From Octopus bimaculoides (lineage: Eukaryota): a DNA stretch of 64,000 nucleotides. Under the pieces are notes generated by a model. It was given only the letters and a program-made list of their open reading frames with translations. It was not told the DNA's origin and did no database searches. The DNA lies in contig NC_068982.1 in NCBI RefSeq assembly GCF_001194135.2, positions 123,567,997 to 123,631,996 of the forward strand, given 5' to 3'. Position numbers and translations under genes: made by a program. How positions within the stretch are numbered: position 1 is the first letter of the stretch; each line of letters begins with the position of its first letter. This document shows, piece by piece, positions 39,290 through 52,420 of this stretch.

Positions 39290-40357
39290 GTAAGTAATCA
39301 TTCCTTCACGTTTTTCATTGTTTTCTGTTTTAAGTGTGTTAGAGAACTTGTCACCACAGACAATTGAAGTCTGGACAGCTCCCCGTCCAACCCATTTCAG
39401 CATGGAAAGCGGACGTTAAACGATGTTAATGATGGATTGTAAAATGATTTGTTGGCATATCAGGGGAGGTAACTTTTATACTAGTGAACATTGCACGCTC
39501 TTCATAATTTACGGAAATCAGATCTTGAAAGCAAAAAGAAATACAAAAAATTATTAAAAAGCATTAAAGTGTTAATGTCTCTTTAATTGCTGAGGATTTT
39601 CAGAGTGCTAGGCTGATAATTCTAGCAACCATATTGACGTGTTCAATCGTTACATTCATACAAATGAATAAATATTAATACAAAAATGTATTTTTTACCA
39701 GAAACTACTGAAATTACTTTCAGTGCAGGTTTTATTTCTTTACATGAAGATATATTTACTCACTTATATATGCAATCTAGATTCTCCTTTTAGATATGCA
39801 TAATTTCTATATAGAGAGAATCCACACCATGGCATACTCTAATAGGATATAAAAAGCTGAAATAAAAAATTACTGTTGTGGAAATACCTGTAAACTAGTG
39901 GCTGTACCAGGATAATCTTACAGCAAAATTTCTCGGGGAGACTGTGTTTCAGAGTGAGGGATAAGTAGATGCAATTTTAGTACACTGATCCTAGTAGTGT
40001 AAGGAAAGATAGGGAAAAAAAGATATTAAAAAATATGAACATTACAGTTCAAATGAACATATGTTACGAATATAAAAGTGGAGACCCATTTGATGTATGT
40101 GGTTGGATATTTTAAACAGCAAATTTTGGACTAGATCTAATGATTAAACACTTTCATTGAAAAATGAGTTTAGAATATCACAATCTTATTTCAGTTAAAT
40201 ATGTAAATTAAGCAACAAAATACATAAGTTTTGGGGAAAAAATACTTGTTTTATCATTCTATACTACTAATAAATGCTTTACTGAATTATAGTAACAACT
40301 AAAATAATTCTTGATTGTAAGTAGTTTTATGAAGATGTTTTCAATTCATTTTTCTAG

Positions 40358-40603
40358 GTGGTTACGAGAGAGGCGAATGTTTGAGAAGTGCTGAGATGTT
40401 TAATCTTCAGGATAATGTTTGGACAAGTTTGCCACCAATGAAAGTTGCACGTGGACGTGTTGCAGTGGCTGTTCTTAACAACAAGCTGTATGCATGTGGT
40501 GGCTCTGATGGTCACCATGAACTGCGGTCTGTAGAATGCTATGACACAGAAACTAACAAATGGTCTTTTGTTGCCGATATGCAGACAGAACGCTCATGTC
40601 CTG
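40358..40603 (+). CDS. IVNS1ABP: IVNS1ABP coding exon 8 (Kelch 1-3)
   Basis: Acceptor ttctag; G-GYERGECLRSAEMFN...W...MKVARGRVAVAVLNNKLYACGGSDG...YD...KW...ERSCP. Donor g|gtaagt. Confidence 0.96.
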
Positions 40604-40704
40604 GTAAGTAATTTTTCTTAAATTTGATAAACAAAATCTTTGAATATTTTTCTAAGCTTAAAGTTTGCCATTAAGCTAACTGTATATTCTTTTTATTTTA
40701 TTAG

Positions 40705-40830
40705 GTGTTGTTGCACTAAATAACAATATCTATTGCATTGGTGGCTGCACTGGTCAACGCTGTATTGCAGATTGTGAAGCTTATGATCCAGTTACTAACA
40801 AATGGCACAGCATTGCTTCACTGAATGAAG
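40705..40830 (+). CDS. IVNS1ABP: IVNS1ABP coding exon 9 (Kelch 3)
   Basis: Follows a 101-nt intron; G-VVALNNNIYCIGGCTGQRCIADCEAYDPVTNKWHSIASLNE. Donor g|gtttgt. Confidence 0.95.
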
Positions 40831-42213
40831 GTTTGTAATTGTTTGAAATAAATTCCTGATTTCATTATATAACGATTGTCAATCTAGAATTCATTATCTT
40901 GCAATGCTCCATTCATCCATTTATCTTATTTTTGGCCTCTTGTTTGGTGAACATTGACTCTCAGGAATGTATATTATTAGGTTAGCACTTCATTTTAATA
41001 TAATATCAACATACTGGCTTTTTTGCAATTGTAGTGCCACATAAAAAGTGCCCAGTACCCTCCATAAAGTGGTTGCCAGCTTCTAAGCAAACTTCATGAA
41101 ATTACAAAATAAGATTTAAAACTGATAAGCAATGAAACCAATTGAGAGTGAAGTAGTTCAAAATTTTGTTCTTGTCAAAAAATAATTAAGTGTTGTATGA
41201 TGAAACAAAAAGAAAGGAAGCTTATTATAGCTGCATAAATGGTAACACTAAATAGTGGTACTTTTGTATAAATGGTATCTATTTAATTAGCCATTAAAAC
41301 ATGTCCTGGCAGTAAGCTTTGGGTGGGTGGGGTGAGGAAAATGGTACCCTGCTTTAAAACAGGCAAGAGTTAAGTGTCAGGAAGGGTATTCAACTAGGAA
41401 ACTCCAGTATGGAATAGTGGACATTGAAAATGATAATTTTTAGGTCAAAGAAAGCACTCTTAGTGATTATTGGGTGTTTCAGGACTGGCTGACAGATGTT
41501 GGGTACTGTGTTCTACAGGAAGTTAAAAGTTTACCTTAACTGTTAATACTATTCTAATAAGAATTAACATGAAAATTACTTGTTAATAAATATAGAATAG
41601 AATAATAGAAAACTTTAAATAAAGACATGCAAATAAGAATAGGACACTCAAATTAAGTGCAATTTTGGAAGTAGTTGGCAGGGGTGATGGTAATCTTTAT
41701 TAGTAATCATGTTTTTGCTTCTAATATCTGTTATCCTATATTTTGTTTCAATCTTCATAATCTGCTGGGGGCCAACTTTGCTTTATATTTCTCCAAGGTT
41801 GATGAAATGATGTGTATAGGTATAGTTTCTATCAACTATATATCTTTCCACTACAAATTTGTGCCATTAACATTTATTGCTCATTATTCCAATCATAAAT
41901 GTATCTAAACTTGCAGTGTCTAGTCCTATGAAACTTTCCGTCATCATGTTAAAAAATTTGTAATTGACTTTTCTTTGTAGATATCTGCCTTTCTATGTTT
42001 TTGCTACTTTTAGTCATCATCAGAATCTGTTAGTGAATTTTACTTAGTTTCTGTTGTATTTGAGTTTTTATTAAAAGTATTTTAAAATAGATTAAGGTCA
42101 AATATTGTAATATTGCCTTTTATTGACTTGCAATGGAATTCTTTTTTCTTTTTGTGCTGTTTTCATTACTGTATGTTGTTCAGGAAAAAATTTCTTTGCT
42201 TTTTAATTGATAG

Positions 42214-42387
42214 GTCATTTTCAAGCTGCTCTCTGCACTTATGACGGTAAAATCTTTGCTATTGGTGGTAGCAGCAGTTGGAATTGCTTGAACTCTGTCA
42301 ATGTTTATGATCCTAATACTGACGTTTGGCAAACATATAGCTGTCTAAATACTCCTCGCAGAGGTGCTGGTGCAGACATTATTGATG
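42214..42387 (+). CDS. IVNS1ABP: IVNS1ABP coding exon 10 (Kelch 4-5)
   Basis: Acceptor gatag; G-HFQAALCTYDGKIFAIGGSSSWNCLNSVNVYDPNTDVW...LNTPRRGAGADIID. SWNCLN and RRGAG match NS1-BP as I recall it. Donor g|gtaatg. Confidence 0.95.
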
Positions 42388-43127
42388 GTAATGTTTAGTC
42401 CTTTCTTTAAATTATTTAAATTTTAGTTTCATTGATTCAGTGTTCTTTAATGCTCTGTTTTTTTTTTTGTTTGTTTTGTGTTGGTTTTCTTTTCTCGCTT
42501 GGACATGATTAAGACATTTAAAAAGCTAAATGATTTCCCAATATATCTAATATTTTAAGTAAATATTGACTTACCAATCTTGGTTGCATTTAAACAAATT
42601 TGATTTCCTCCCTCAAGAAAGACAACTAAAGTTATTTCCCTTGCAAATCATACTGAATAGACTGAAAATCTAGGCATATTTACTTAAGAATGCATCAAGT
42701 TTTTAAATAAATGCTGCAGGAAATGTTACATCTTGGCTTTTGAGATAGTTAAATCTGTTGCAAACTGAAATCGTTTAGTCAGTAAAAAAAAAAAGGTTTT
42801 TTATCCGTTATAACTGTTGAGAATAAGTTATCATCATCTCATTGAACTCCTGGAACTGAAGCTAAGATATCTTAGAGCTGATTTCAGAGGTTTTATCCTA
42901 TTGGAATTATGCATTCAAGCACATATATTGGCTTCAAAAATAAGTTGCAAGAAAATCAATACATCTGAGTTTGAAAGTCAAAATCTTAGATTGGATTGAT
43001 TAGTTATTAACATTTACAACTCTTTCAGCTTCAATTTTATTGAAGTAAAATAATCTAAAGGTTTTTGTAAAATAAATTTCGTGGCCTTATAAACAAGCTT
43101 TTCAATTTTTTTATTTTCTTCATGTAG

Positions 43128-43519
43128 GTAAAATCATGGTTGTTGGAGGCAGTGATGGTACACGTTCTCTACGCTCTACAGAAGTTTATGACAAAGAAAA
43201 TGACAGTTGGAGTGTTGGCCCTCAACTTGGTATAGACAGAGCCAATGTTAGTGTAGTTACACTTGGAAACAAACTTTTTGCTGTTGGTGGTTTTAGTGGC
43301 AAGAAATTTTTAGATTCCCTTGAATATTTTAATCCTATGTCAGAAGAATGGTGCTGTTATTCTCCAGTTGAAAATATCTTTCAACTATCTTCTAATGCTG
43401 AAGAACCTAACAAAGATCATAATGAAGTGACAGACTCAAGTAAAAAAGCTCGCAAGAGCCATTCAAAAGCACAAAATAATAATATACCATTAAATAATTG
43501 TGCTAATGGAATTATTTAG
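43128..43519 (+). CDS. IVNS1ABP: IVNS1ABP terminal coding exon 11 (Kelch 5-6 and C-terminal tail)
   Basis: Acceptor catgtag; G-KIMVVGGSDGTRSLRSTEVYD...FAVGGFSGKKFLDSLEYFNPMSEEW...ENIFQL, then the tail to TAG at 43517-43519. Confidence 0.95.
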
Positions 43520-43824
43520 ATGTATTTTTAAAAAGAAAAGCATAATTTTAAATATAATTTCATTGTATAACTTCATCTTCATTTTATGACATTTCTGTTT
43601 AGAATTGTTCTCAAAACACATTTTCAAAACACTTTCAACATACACACACAAAACAAAAAAAGAAAAACAGCAACAAAACAAACATTAGTCAATTAATATT
43701 TGTATGTGAAATTGCATTTCATAATATTGATGAAATTTAAACATAAAAAACATAAATTACAACATATTTTATACAGTTTTTCTTTTATTTCATTTAAAAA
43801 TATTGGCATTATCTCAAAAATATA

Positions 43825-43830
43825 AATAAA
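43825..43830 (+). promoter_or_regulatory. Candidate polyadenylation signal of IVNS1ABP
   Basis: AATAAA about 300 nt after the stop in an AT-rich 3'UTR, with a T/GT-rich stretch downstream. Confidence 0.4.
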
Positions 43831-46099
43831 AAATATCCCTTCCCCCTGAGGTTTTGTTGAGTTTATTTTCTTATTTGTTTGACCATATTCCTGCCAGACT
43901 TTTAGACTTCAATTTAAAATATGACACAAAATTGTAAAGGATTGTAAGATTTCAAAAGAAAATTATATTTTGGAGTGAGCAACTTCACTGGTGCTGGTGG
44001 TATAAGAAAAGTACCTAGTACATTCTGTAAAGTGGTTGTCATTAGGAAGGGTATCTGGTCACAGAAACCATGTCAAAGCTGGCATTAGAGCTTGATGCAA
44101 CCCTTTAACCCATACAAACATGGAAAATATGATATAATGACGACTACTGATTGAGCTGTAATATTAGTTTATATAGAGAGAACTGTTTCTATCAAATATA
44201 TATTCTTTTCCATTTGTTATCGTAAAAGTTGAGGTTAAGTGATAGTGTTTACAGTTGAGTGGGAAATATATCAGAATAGTTATAAGGAATGTATATATAG
44301 GTGTGTGGTGGTGGGGAGTTGGAATACAAGTCATGGTACATCTAAATTCTTAGCAGAAAGTGACGGTTTAGCATATTGTCAGAATGAACAACATAATTCT
44401 TGTATTGAGACTGCTGATAAGTTATGAGAAGGGCTAATCTTGTTTTAATCCTTTGAGAGCTCTAATGCCAGAGTCAGACATTGACTCTGGAATACATTTT
44501 AAAGGCTCTGTGGAATTCATCATTAGTTAATGTCTTTTTCTATGCTTGCATCGGGTCAGACAAAATATTTTGAGACAGATTTTCCTACATCTGAAGCTCT
44601 TCCTGTTGTCAACCCTCTAGCATGATGGATATTTCCCATGCCCTGATATGTTTATTGTGGAAGACTGGAATTGTATAGCAGTGATATTCATTTATAACCA
44701 TCACATGATGTCAAGACAAGGGTATGAACATACATATATACATACATGTATGTGTGTAATATACATGCACACAATGGACTTCTTTCAGTTTTCGTCTATC
44801 AGATCCACTAACAATGTATTATTCAGTCCAAAACTGTAGTAGAAGACACCCAGGTCTCCCAGTGGCACTGAACCTGAGACTACACTGTGTGGAATTGAGC
44901 TTCTTAACCACACCTCCACATCTGAGAATTTATCATGGCATATAAAAGTAATTGGTTATGAATTGCAGCTAGGAAGGAAATAAGTTAGAGATAGTGCATT
45001 TGATCAGAAGTTTGTACCATGAGAGTTGCCTGTGTAAAATGACGTATTACTTAATGAGACACTATGACTCAAGTAAAAGCTTCTTCATACTTAATGATCT
45101 TAGGCTTCTGGCAATGAAATCCAAGTACATTATATACAACAGTTTGTATGGTTTCTACTGCTAACATGTATGTGTAGTGACTGGGTATTCTAAATCAATT
45201 CAAACTATGTTTGAATAAAAAGAGAAATGATTTCTACTCTCAATAAAGTAAGATTCAACATGATTTAATTAGCCAGTCTTCAGTAGAATAGTGGTAAGTA
45301 TCCTGCCAGGGAAGCTAATTATTTTTAGGGTGCTTGTATGATTGTGTGGTTAAGGTGCTTGCCTTGCAACTACATAGTTTTGGGTTCAGTCCCATTGTGT
45401 GGCACCTTAGAAATTTTTTTTTTTTTCTTAAATAATGTAAGGTTCAACATGGAAATTTTAATTAGCCAGTTCTCAATAGAATAGTGGCAAGTATTCTACC
45501 TGTTACACGGGACATTAGCATTCGATTCCCTACCAGGTAGGCTAGTTATTTTTATGGACAGATATTGTGGTAAAGTTGCTTGGTTTTCAACCATGTTGTT
45601 TGGGATTTAGTCCCATTGTGTGGAACCTTTGCCAAATATCTTCCGTTATACCCCTGGGTCAACCAATGCCTTGTGAGTGAACTTGGTGGATTGAATCTGT
45701 ATGGAAGCTTGTCATGTATATATATGTTTGACTCACTCCTACTTGACAACTAGTGTTGGTTTGTTCACATTCCTGTAACCTAGCAGTTTGACAATAGAGA
45801 GTACTGGGTGCATTTTTTGTGACACCAGTGCTACAGAGGTTGACTTGCAGCTTGCCAAGTGAAAGAGAGTAACCTATAATTTAAGGAACAGATTTATAGT
45901 GCAAGGATGGTAATGCAGAGAATTATAAAGGGAATATAGTTGAGACAAAGGGGTAATGTTGATATGGCAGGGTGGAGTAAAAGGTAAAAGATTTATCTGC
46001 TTGGCTTGAGGAGTAAGCAGGTGGACTAAGTATTTGGATGAGTTAATCTGACATGCCAGCACAAGATTGTTCTCACAGTTAATATAATTTCTTGTTTAA

Positions 46100-46310
46100 G
46101 GTGGTATGCTGGTAGAATCGTTAGCATGCCAGGCAAAATGCTTAAGTGGCATTTTGTCCGTCTTCACATTCTGAGTTCAAATTCTGCTGAGGTTGACTTG
46201 CCTTTCATCCCTTTGGGATCAATAAAATAAGTACCAGTTGAGTACTGGGGTCGATGCAATCAACTTAGCCCTTCCTCAAAATTGCTAGCATTTTTCCAAA
46301 ATTTGAAATC
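46100..46310 (+). mobile_element. tRNA-derived SINE (family D)
   Basis: ttctgagttcaaattctgctgaggttgacttgcctttcatcc...aagtaccagttgag...ccaaaatttgaaa is shared with 63394-63577. Confidence 0.8.
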
Positions 46311-48479
46311 AATGAGTTTATTGTTGGGAGAGGGAATTGGAAAGTAATGTTAGAGTGCTAGTGAGAGTGATAAGGCAGTGCAGAAGGTTCAGCATAGGAG
46401 GTAGTGCTACCCTACATCATACGTGGGTGGGTGAAATGATACATGAATGAAAGATATAGAACTGGATAATGGAAGGGTAAGGGAAAGCTTAATATCAGGA
46501 AATTAGTGAAAGGCTCTTACAAGGGTGGTCAGAAGGGAGTAGAAAGAGATGTGTGCTACTCCATTTTATGCTTGAATGTCTGAAGTGGTGCAGAGGAGAG
46601 ATAAGATAATAATGAGGGGTCAAAAACATTATCATAAGGTAACATGTTGAAGAGAGCATAGTGATGAGAATTGGAGAGAGCAGGTAAAGGTTGCAGAAGC
46701 AGTGGCAGCTTGTAGATAAAATTAGGGGTCAGGGGTTATGCTTCAGAAATTTTTAGGCGTTTTAATATTGTGTAAAGGGAAACAAACATATAAAAAGAAT
46801 ATTTATACATAAACTTGATCGGTTCACATTTTAGCTACTGCCAGGTAGTGTATTGAATTTGTCCACTGAACACTGCCATGAATTCCCCCTTGTTTTTCCA
46901 AAATCCCCCTTTAAATCACAAAATAAATGGGGAAAATCTGCCCTATTTTTCAAATCCTGGCAGCAACACTGATGCTGGAAGCAGGATAATAACCTAACTC
47001 TACACTTTAACACATTCAAGAATATAAACATTTTTTTAAGCACAACACACACACACAGACAAAAAGAAACACTACCTTGTACCACTACTGCATGAACAAC
47101 AATGCTGTCTCTCCCTAGCATGAAGCTTCCTATCTCGGACATGTGGGCATGCGCACAACAACCAAACACTGTGTTGCTGGAACTGTGAAGCACAGTTCCA
47201 GCAACTGGATTTTTGTATTTTTCTCATAAACTAGGTGATGGCTACTGCCATTAAACTCAAGGATTTTATATAATGTACAAGTATAAGGAAGGAAATAAAG
47301 GACTCATTAAATTGAATGTTATCGATAATATCAAGTGGAAATAGGGGATGCTGCAGTTCCGCAGTACCTATACATGAGCTGCCACTGTGCAGAAGGCAAT
47401 AGCAAAAACATCATGATTGGGGAAGAAAGTGGAAAGAGGGATGGCAGGATATAGGTAGTGGAGGTGTGGGGGGGAAAAGTGATATTCATTATGTCATGAG
47501 AAGGACAGCATTTAGAATAGACGGTGGAGCGACTGAGGGTATAGGAGCTTTAGATGGATGGCGATGCATGCAAAAACTAAAAAAAAATATAGGCAAGGCA
47601 AGAATGCATACATTAAACTTTTGTCGAAAGTTGGGTTTTCTGCAGCACCACGTATCACCTTCAGTCATTTCCTTCATCAGATGTAACATCTTTTCACCAC
47701 CTTATCCCATGTCTCCAATAATTAAACAGAGCGGTAGCAATGTCATGGTTAGTATTTGCATGTCTGGAAAGGGATCATACATATATATATCAGATCAAAG
47801 GTGTTATGAAGTCTAAGGAAAACTATGATGTGTAAAGGAGAATTGTCAAAGGCTAAATTTGGTCCAAGAAGTTTGGCCCAGTCATACTTGGACTTGTTAT
47901 TTTTTTAATGCAGACATTAAATGACAATGATGATGATGAGTTACTATTCTAATGAATTCCTTCACCCTTATATTTTTCAGTATGAAAAACTGAATCTCTT
48001 TTATCTCATCTGGGCGAAGTATTAAACTTCATTTAGTGGTGAGGTTCCAGCTTAGTAGTTCAGAAATTTTGGAAAGTGTGAAGTAACCCTTTAGTCACTG
48101 CTATTCCCAGGTCTTCTCTGACCCAGGATGGCAGTACCTATTAAAGGTACTTGATAGTTATGGATCACATAACAGAAGATGGTTCTATGACTAAGGTATA
48201 CAAAACTGAGGAGGGCTGACCTCCAGATCATCCCTTTAATGTGTCACACAGGCCTTCGAATGTGCGAACACATACTGATATCATGTGAACCAGTCCCTCT
48301 ACTGAAAAGTTAAATATACTCTGTGCCTCAAGGATAAGCTCAGAATAGTTGACTATCAGAATAAACTGTAAATAAACTAGCAGAAAGCAATGGGAAACTA
48401 CTGCTGTTTTCTTCAAGAAAATTCATGAATCTTCAGACTTTGGTATGGAGGTCTATGGTTACTGATGCCTGTAAAACAG

Positions 48480-49450
48480 GTGTGGCACTTAGAGAGAAAG
48501 AGATGAGGCCTAACACATTGTTATCTGACTTCTTCACTTCTTGTTGTGATTTACTTAGTCTTTGTCTGTTGTAGGTACTTTGTGCTGTCAGTACACAGCT
48601 CTTCTATCAGACCCTTATTGCCCATTCCCCTAGTGCAGTCATTTCTCCTTACATCAGCATATACCTTTAATGTTCAGTCATTCTCTCAACTCACATATGT
48701 GCTACTTGATTTTTTTTCCAACTCAGACTGTACATCAAAAGGACCATGTGTGACCCATTTATCTTCAACCACCACAAATCCTAAATTTAGGCCTCTATAG
48801 TACCACACTCCTTGCGCTATTTACAACTGTTTACAGATTTCTTGTACAGAGTTAACAATCCTTGCATTTCTTCAGTCTCTCTTCTACTCTGCCTATTATA
48901 TTGTCACTGCATCTACCATCTACACTAACTCATTAACTACATAGTATCAAATTCCTACCTGCTCCTTTCTTACATACTGAGCAAAGTAGCTTCTCAAATG
49001 GCTCTTGGAGTTTGTGCTATCTCATTCTTCTAGGATTGGAACTTCTTCAGCTGCAACACACCTACAAATTCTACAATAAGAACCATTTCATCAAGCATTG
49101 AAAACTTTGCACAGACATCTGGTTCTGGATTGCTTCATTGCCATTAGAAATATATAAAGAACTGAAAAAGCCTGGTGAATGCCTACTGTCCCTTACATCA
49201 AATTCCTCAGTGAACTTACAACCAATTTTGCAGCCCCTTTTGTTTTGTGATTTGATGGCTCTCATATGCTAATCTTCAACTTTCAGCTTTCTCAACACCC
49301 ATTATATTACAGAAAATGGGAATGAGACAAAAGAACTTCCCCATATCAACAGAGGCAAAGTAGAATTTTGTTTTTAATTAGCTACTTCTCTGGCATTGTT
49401 TCATGAAAAATAGGAACAAGCTTTCACATCCTGGGGCAAACCAAAATTAC
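48480..49450 (-). mobile_element. Decayed RTE LINE (RT and C-terminal region)
   Basis: Minus-strand TEEFDVR / VGIHQA.SVLYIFLMAM resembles RT VGVHQGSVLSPLLFI; further GSH.W remnants downstream. Confidence 0.65.
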
Positions 49451-49628
49451 TTCTTATTCGAGCTAATCTTCTCTTATATTAATATCATTTATGACTTTCT
49501 TAGCTATACTTTCAGAAATTTGTCCATCAGTTTGAAGTCTCCCCTGTGAATCTCTTCTGTAGAGCTTACACTGGTTATAGGAATAACACTTTCATTGAAA
49601 TTCACTGCTGTTGTTTTAATTAATTTTT

Positions 49629-49660
<32 letters not shown>

Positions 49661-51060
49661 AAAAAACAACAACATCATCACAATCATAAACAACTTCATT
49701 ATTTTACATGCATTTTTCCATGCTGGTATGGTTTGGTTGGTTTGACAGGATCTGACAGACTGAAGGATCATACCTTTCTCCAACGTCTTGGTTGAAGCTA
49801 GAATTTAGTGGAATGACTATCATTATTATAATGCTGGTGTTTGGTAATGGTGATAGTGATGGTCATGATGTCAAAGATGATTTTGTGAATATCATGTTCC
49901 CTATTGATTAGAGATGATGGATGCTGTGTCATGTTACCTATTAGTAAATTGAATTTTATTTATTAATTATTTATTCTAGCCTTCCTCCTACTTTTCTCTC
50001 TAAAAGTTTACCTACAGAGTTTCTGCTACCCAACCAGAATAATTTACACTAATTCAACAGATAGCAGTCCTGTTAACACAACCAGTGTTACAAATCCATG
50101 TATTTAATTTTGCTATGGACTGGCATCTTATTCAAGGAGGATTGTTCCGATCTTGGTCACTTATAAACACGATAGAAACTAGATAATCACCATTATGAGT
50201 TCTAGGGCTCAAGAAAAAATATTTTGTGAGCATTTACTTTAGTTAGGGGTGGGGGCTATGGCTGGATGCCCTTATCATTTATATAGTTGCAGATTGAATT
50301 GGTGTATTTATTTAGCCACCAACTGTCTGACTAATATAATTATTGTACACATCCTAGTTTTATATTTCTGCATTCCTGAATATTATAAGAGGTGACTAAA
50401 AGGGATGGCAACAGTAAGGGTGCCTAGTTTTAAAAACAGTTTCAGAAAATTTGTCCAACCCATACCAGTATGAAAAAGCAAATGTGAAACACTGATGATG
50501 ATATCAATGATGATGTTGATGATGATGATGATTATTTCGAGAACAATGATAATGATGATAGCATTGTTGTTGTTATTAGTGGTGGAGATGATGACAATGA
50601 GAATGAGGCAGATAAAGACAATGATGGTGGTGGTAACAATGGTGATGACGGCAAAAAACAATGGTGACAACAACAATGACATCTGATTGAGACAAAATGA
50701 GAGCCATGTGGCTCAAAATCATGACCCTTCACTGTTAAATCAGCTTGTTCTCTTTAGGGGGTTATTACTGCATTGTTGCTTTAGAGGAACTGAAGAAGAG
50801 AGAGTGAGGTCTATCATGTCTTCTGCTACTTTGTATCAGTTATATTCTAGAAAACTTTTCTCCTAAACAGCTAAAGCTGCCAAATCTCTTCTACAAGTCT
50901 GTCAAAGTAATTTCCCTTTACAGTGATAGGTAGACAACTTGACTTCCAAGACTGGTCTACTTTCATTATAGCTAGAAAGGGAAATAACCAAATGAAGGAA
51001 GCTTTTCTGCAGTCACTCACCAAGCTGGAAATAACAGCTAAATCTTTCTTAATTTATATA

Positions 51061-51516
51061 CTCTTTTACTCTTTTACTTGTTTCAGTCATTTGACTGCGG
51101 CCATGCTGGAGCACCGCCTTTAGTCGAGAAAATCGACCCCAGGACTTATTGTTTGGATGCCTAGTTCTTATTCTATCGGTCTCTTTTGCCAAACCGCTAA
51201 GTTACGGGGACGTAAACACACCAGCATCGGTTGTCAAGCGATGTTGGGGAGACAAAGACAGACACACAAACAAATACTCACACATACATACATATATATA
51301 TATACTTATATACGACAGGCTTCTTTCAGTTTCCGTCTACCAAATCCACTCACAAGGCTTTGGTCGGCCCAAGGCTATAGTAGAAGACACTTGCCCAAAG
51401 NNNNNNNNNNCGGCCCAAGGCTATAGTAGAAGACACTTGCCCAAAGTGCCATGCAGTGGGACTGAACCCGGAACCATGTGGTTGGTAAGCAAGCTATTTA
51501 CCACACAGCCACTCCT
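51061..51516 (-). mobile_element. tRNA-derived SINE (family B) spanning a 10-N gap
   Basis: Reverse complement of 8267-8710. Confidence 0.88.
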
Positions 51517-52350
51517 GTCATTGTGCTTTCAAATTTCTTTTACTTATGGTTCTTGTGTAAAATGATGATGGCATGTTTTAATTTAAATCTGAATACTTTA
51601 AAATGAGAGATTTTCTATCATGTGGAGACTGGGCTTAGATGGATTGGTATCAAAGGGATTAAAAACCATTGGTTCTTAATCAGGGTGGTAGCGCTCCCCT
51701 TGGGAGTAGGGAGAATTGTGAGCTCACAAAGGGCTGACATATGTCAAAGAAGTGCTGGAGGTTTTAAGGTATCATTAACCTGGGTCAACTTGACAATCTG
51801 CATCTTATCCAAGCACCCAAGGGACCCAACACTCAGACAAATACAGGAGTACTTCCACATAAATTAAACTTCCCCTACACTAAATAGGAAATATATGTAG
51901 TAGATATCATACCCCCCATATCCACAGTTTACACAGGTAGAGTAGAATAGTTAGTGGGCTGTTATGTAGATGTATGTATGCATGTATGTATGTATGTGTG
52001 TGTGTGTGAGTGTATGTATATACATATATATATGTAGATAGATGTATGTGTGTGTGGGTTGGTGTATGAATATATATATATGTATATACACATGTATGTA
52101 AGCATATGGATATGAAAGTAAACAGATCAACATACAGACGGATAGTTACATAGGTTATATGAACAAACAAGCACACATACGCAAATGAAGACTGAAACAC
52201 ATGACCATACATACACACACTTTACTTCACACAGGGACACATATGGAGACACACGTCCACACATATGGAGATGCACATCCATACATACAAACATCGTACA
52301 TAGTTGCAAAACACACACACTCAGACATGCACACACAAGGAGACTGAGAT

Positions 52351-52384
<34 letters not shown>

Positions 52385-52420
52385 TTATATGGATATAATA
52401 ATATAAATAATATATATATA

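Noticed and set aside
47173-47234. Helitron 3' end (hairpin plus CTAG)
   Set aside because: The CTAG is 25 nt away and followed by G rather than T, and no 5' TC end was found.
50383-50732. Met/Ile/Asp-rich ORFs
   Set aside because: They are translations of a degenerate (GAT)n repeat.
51365-51446. Exact 36-bp tandem duplication
   Set aside because: The copies abut either side of a 10-N gap and the other family B copy lacks it, so it is an assembly overlap artefact.
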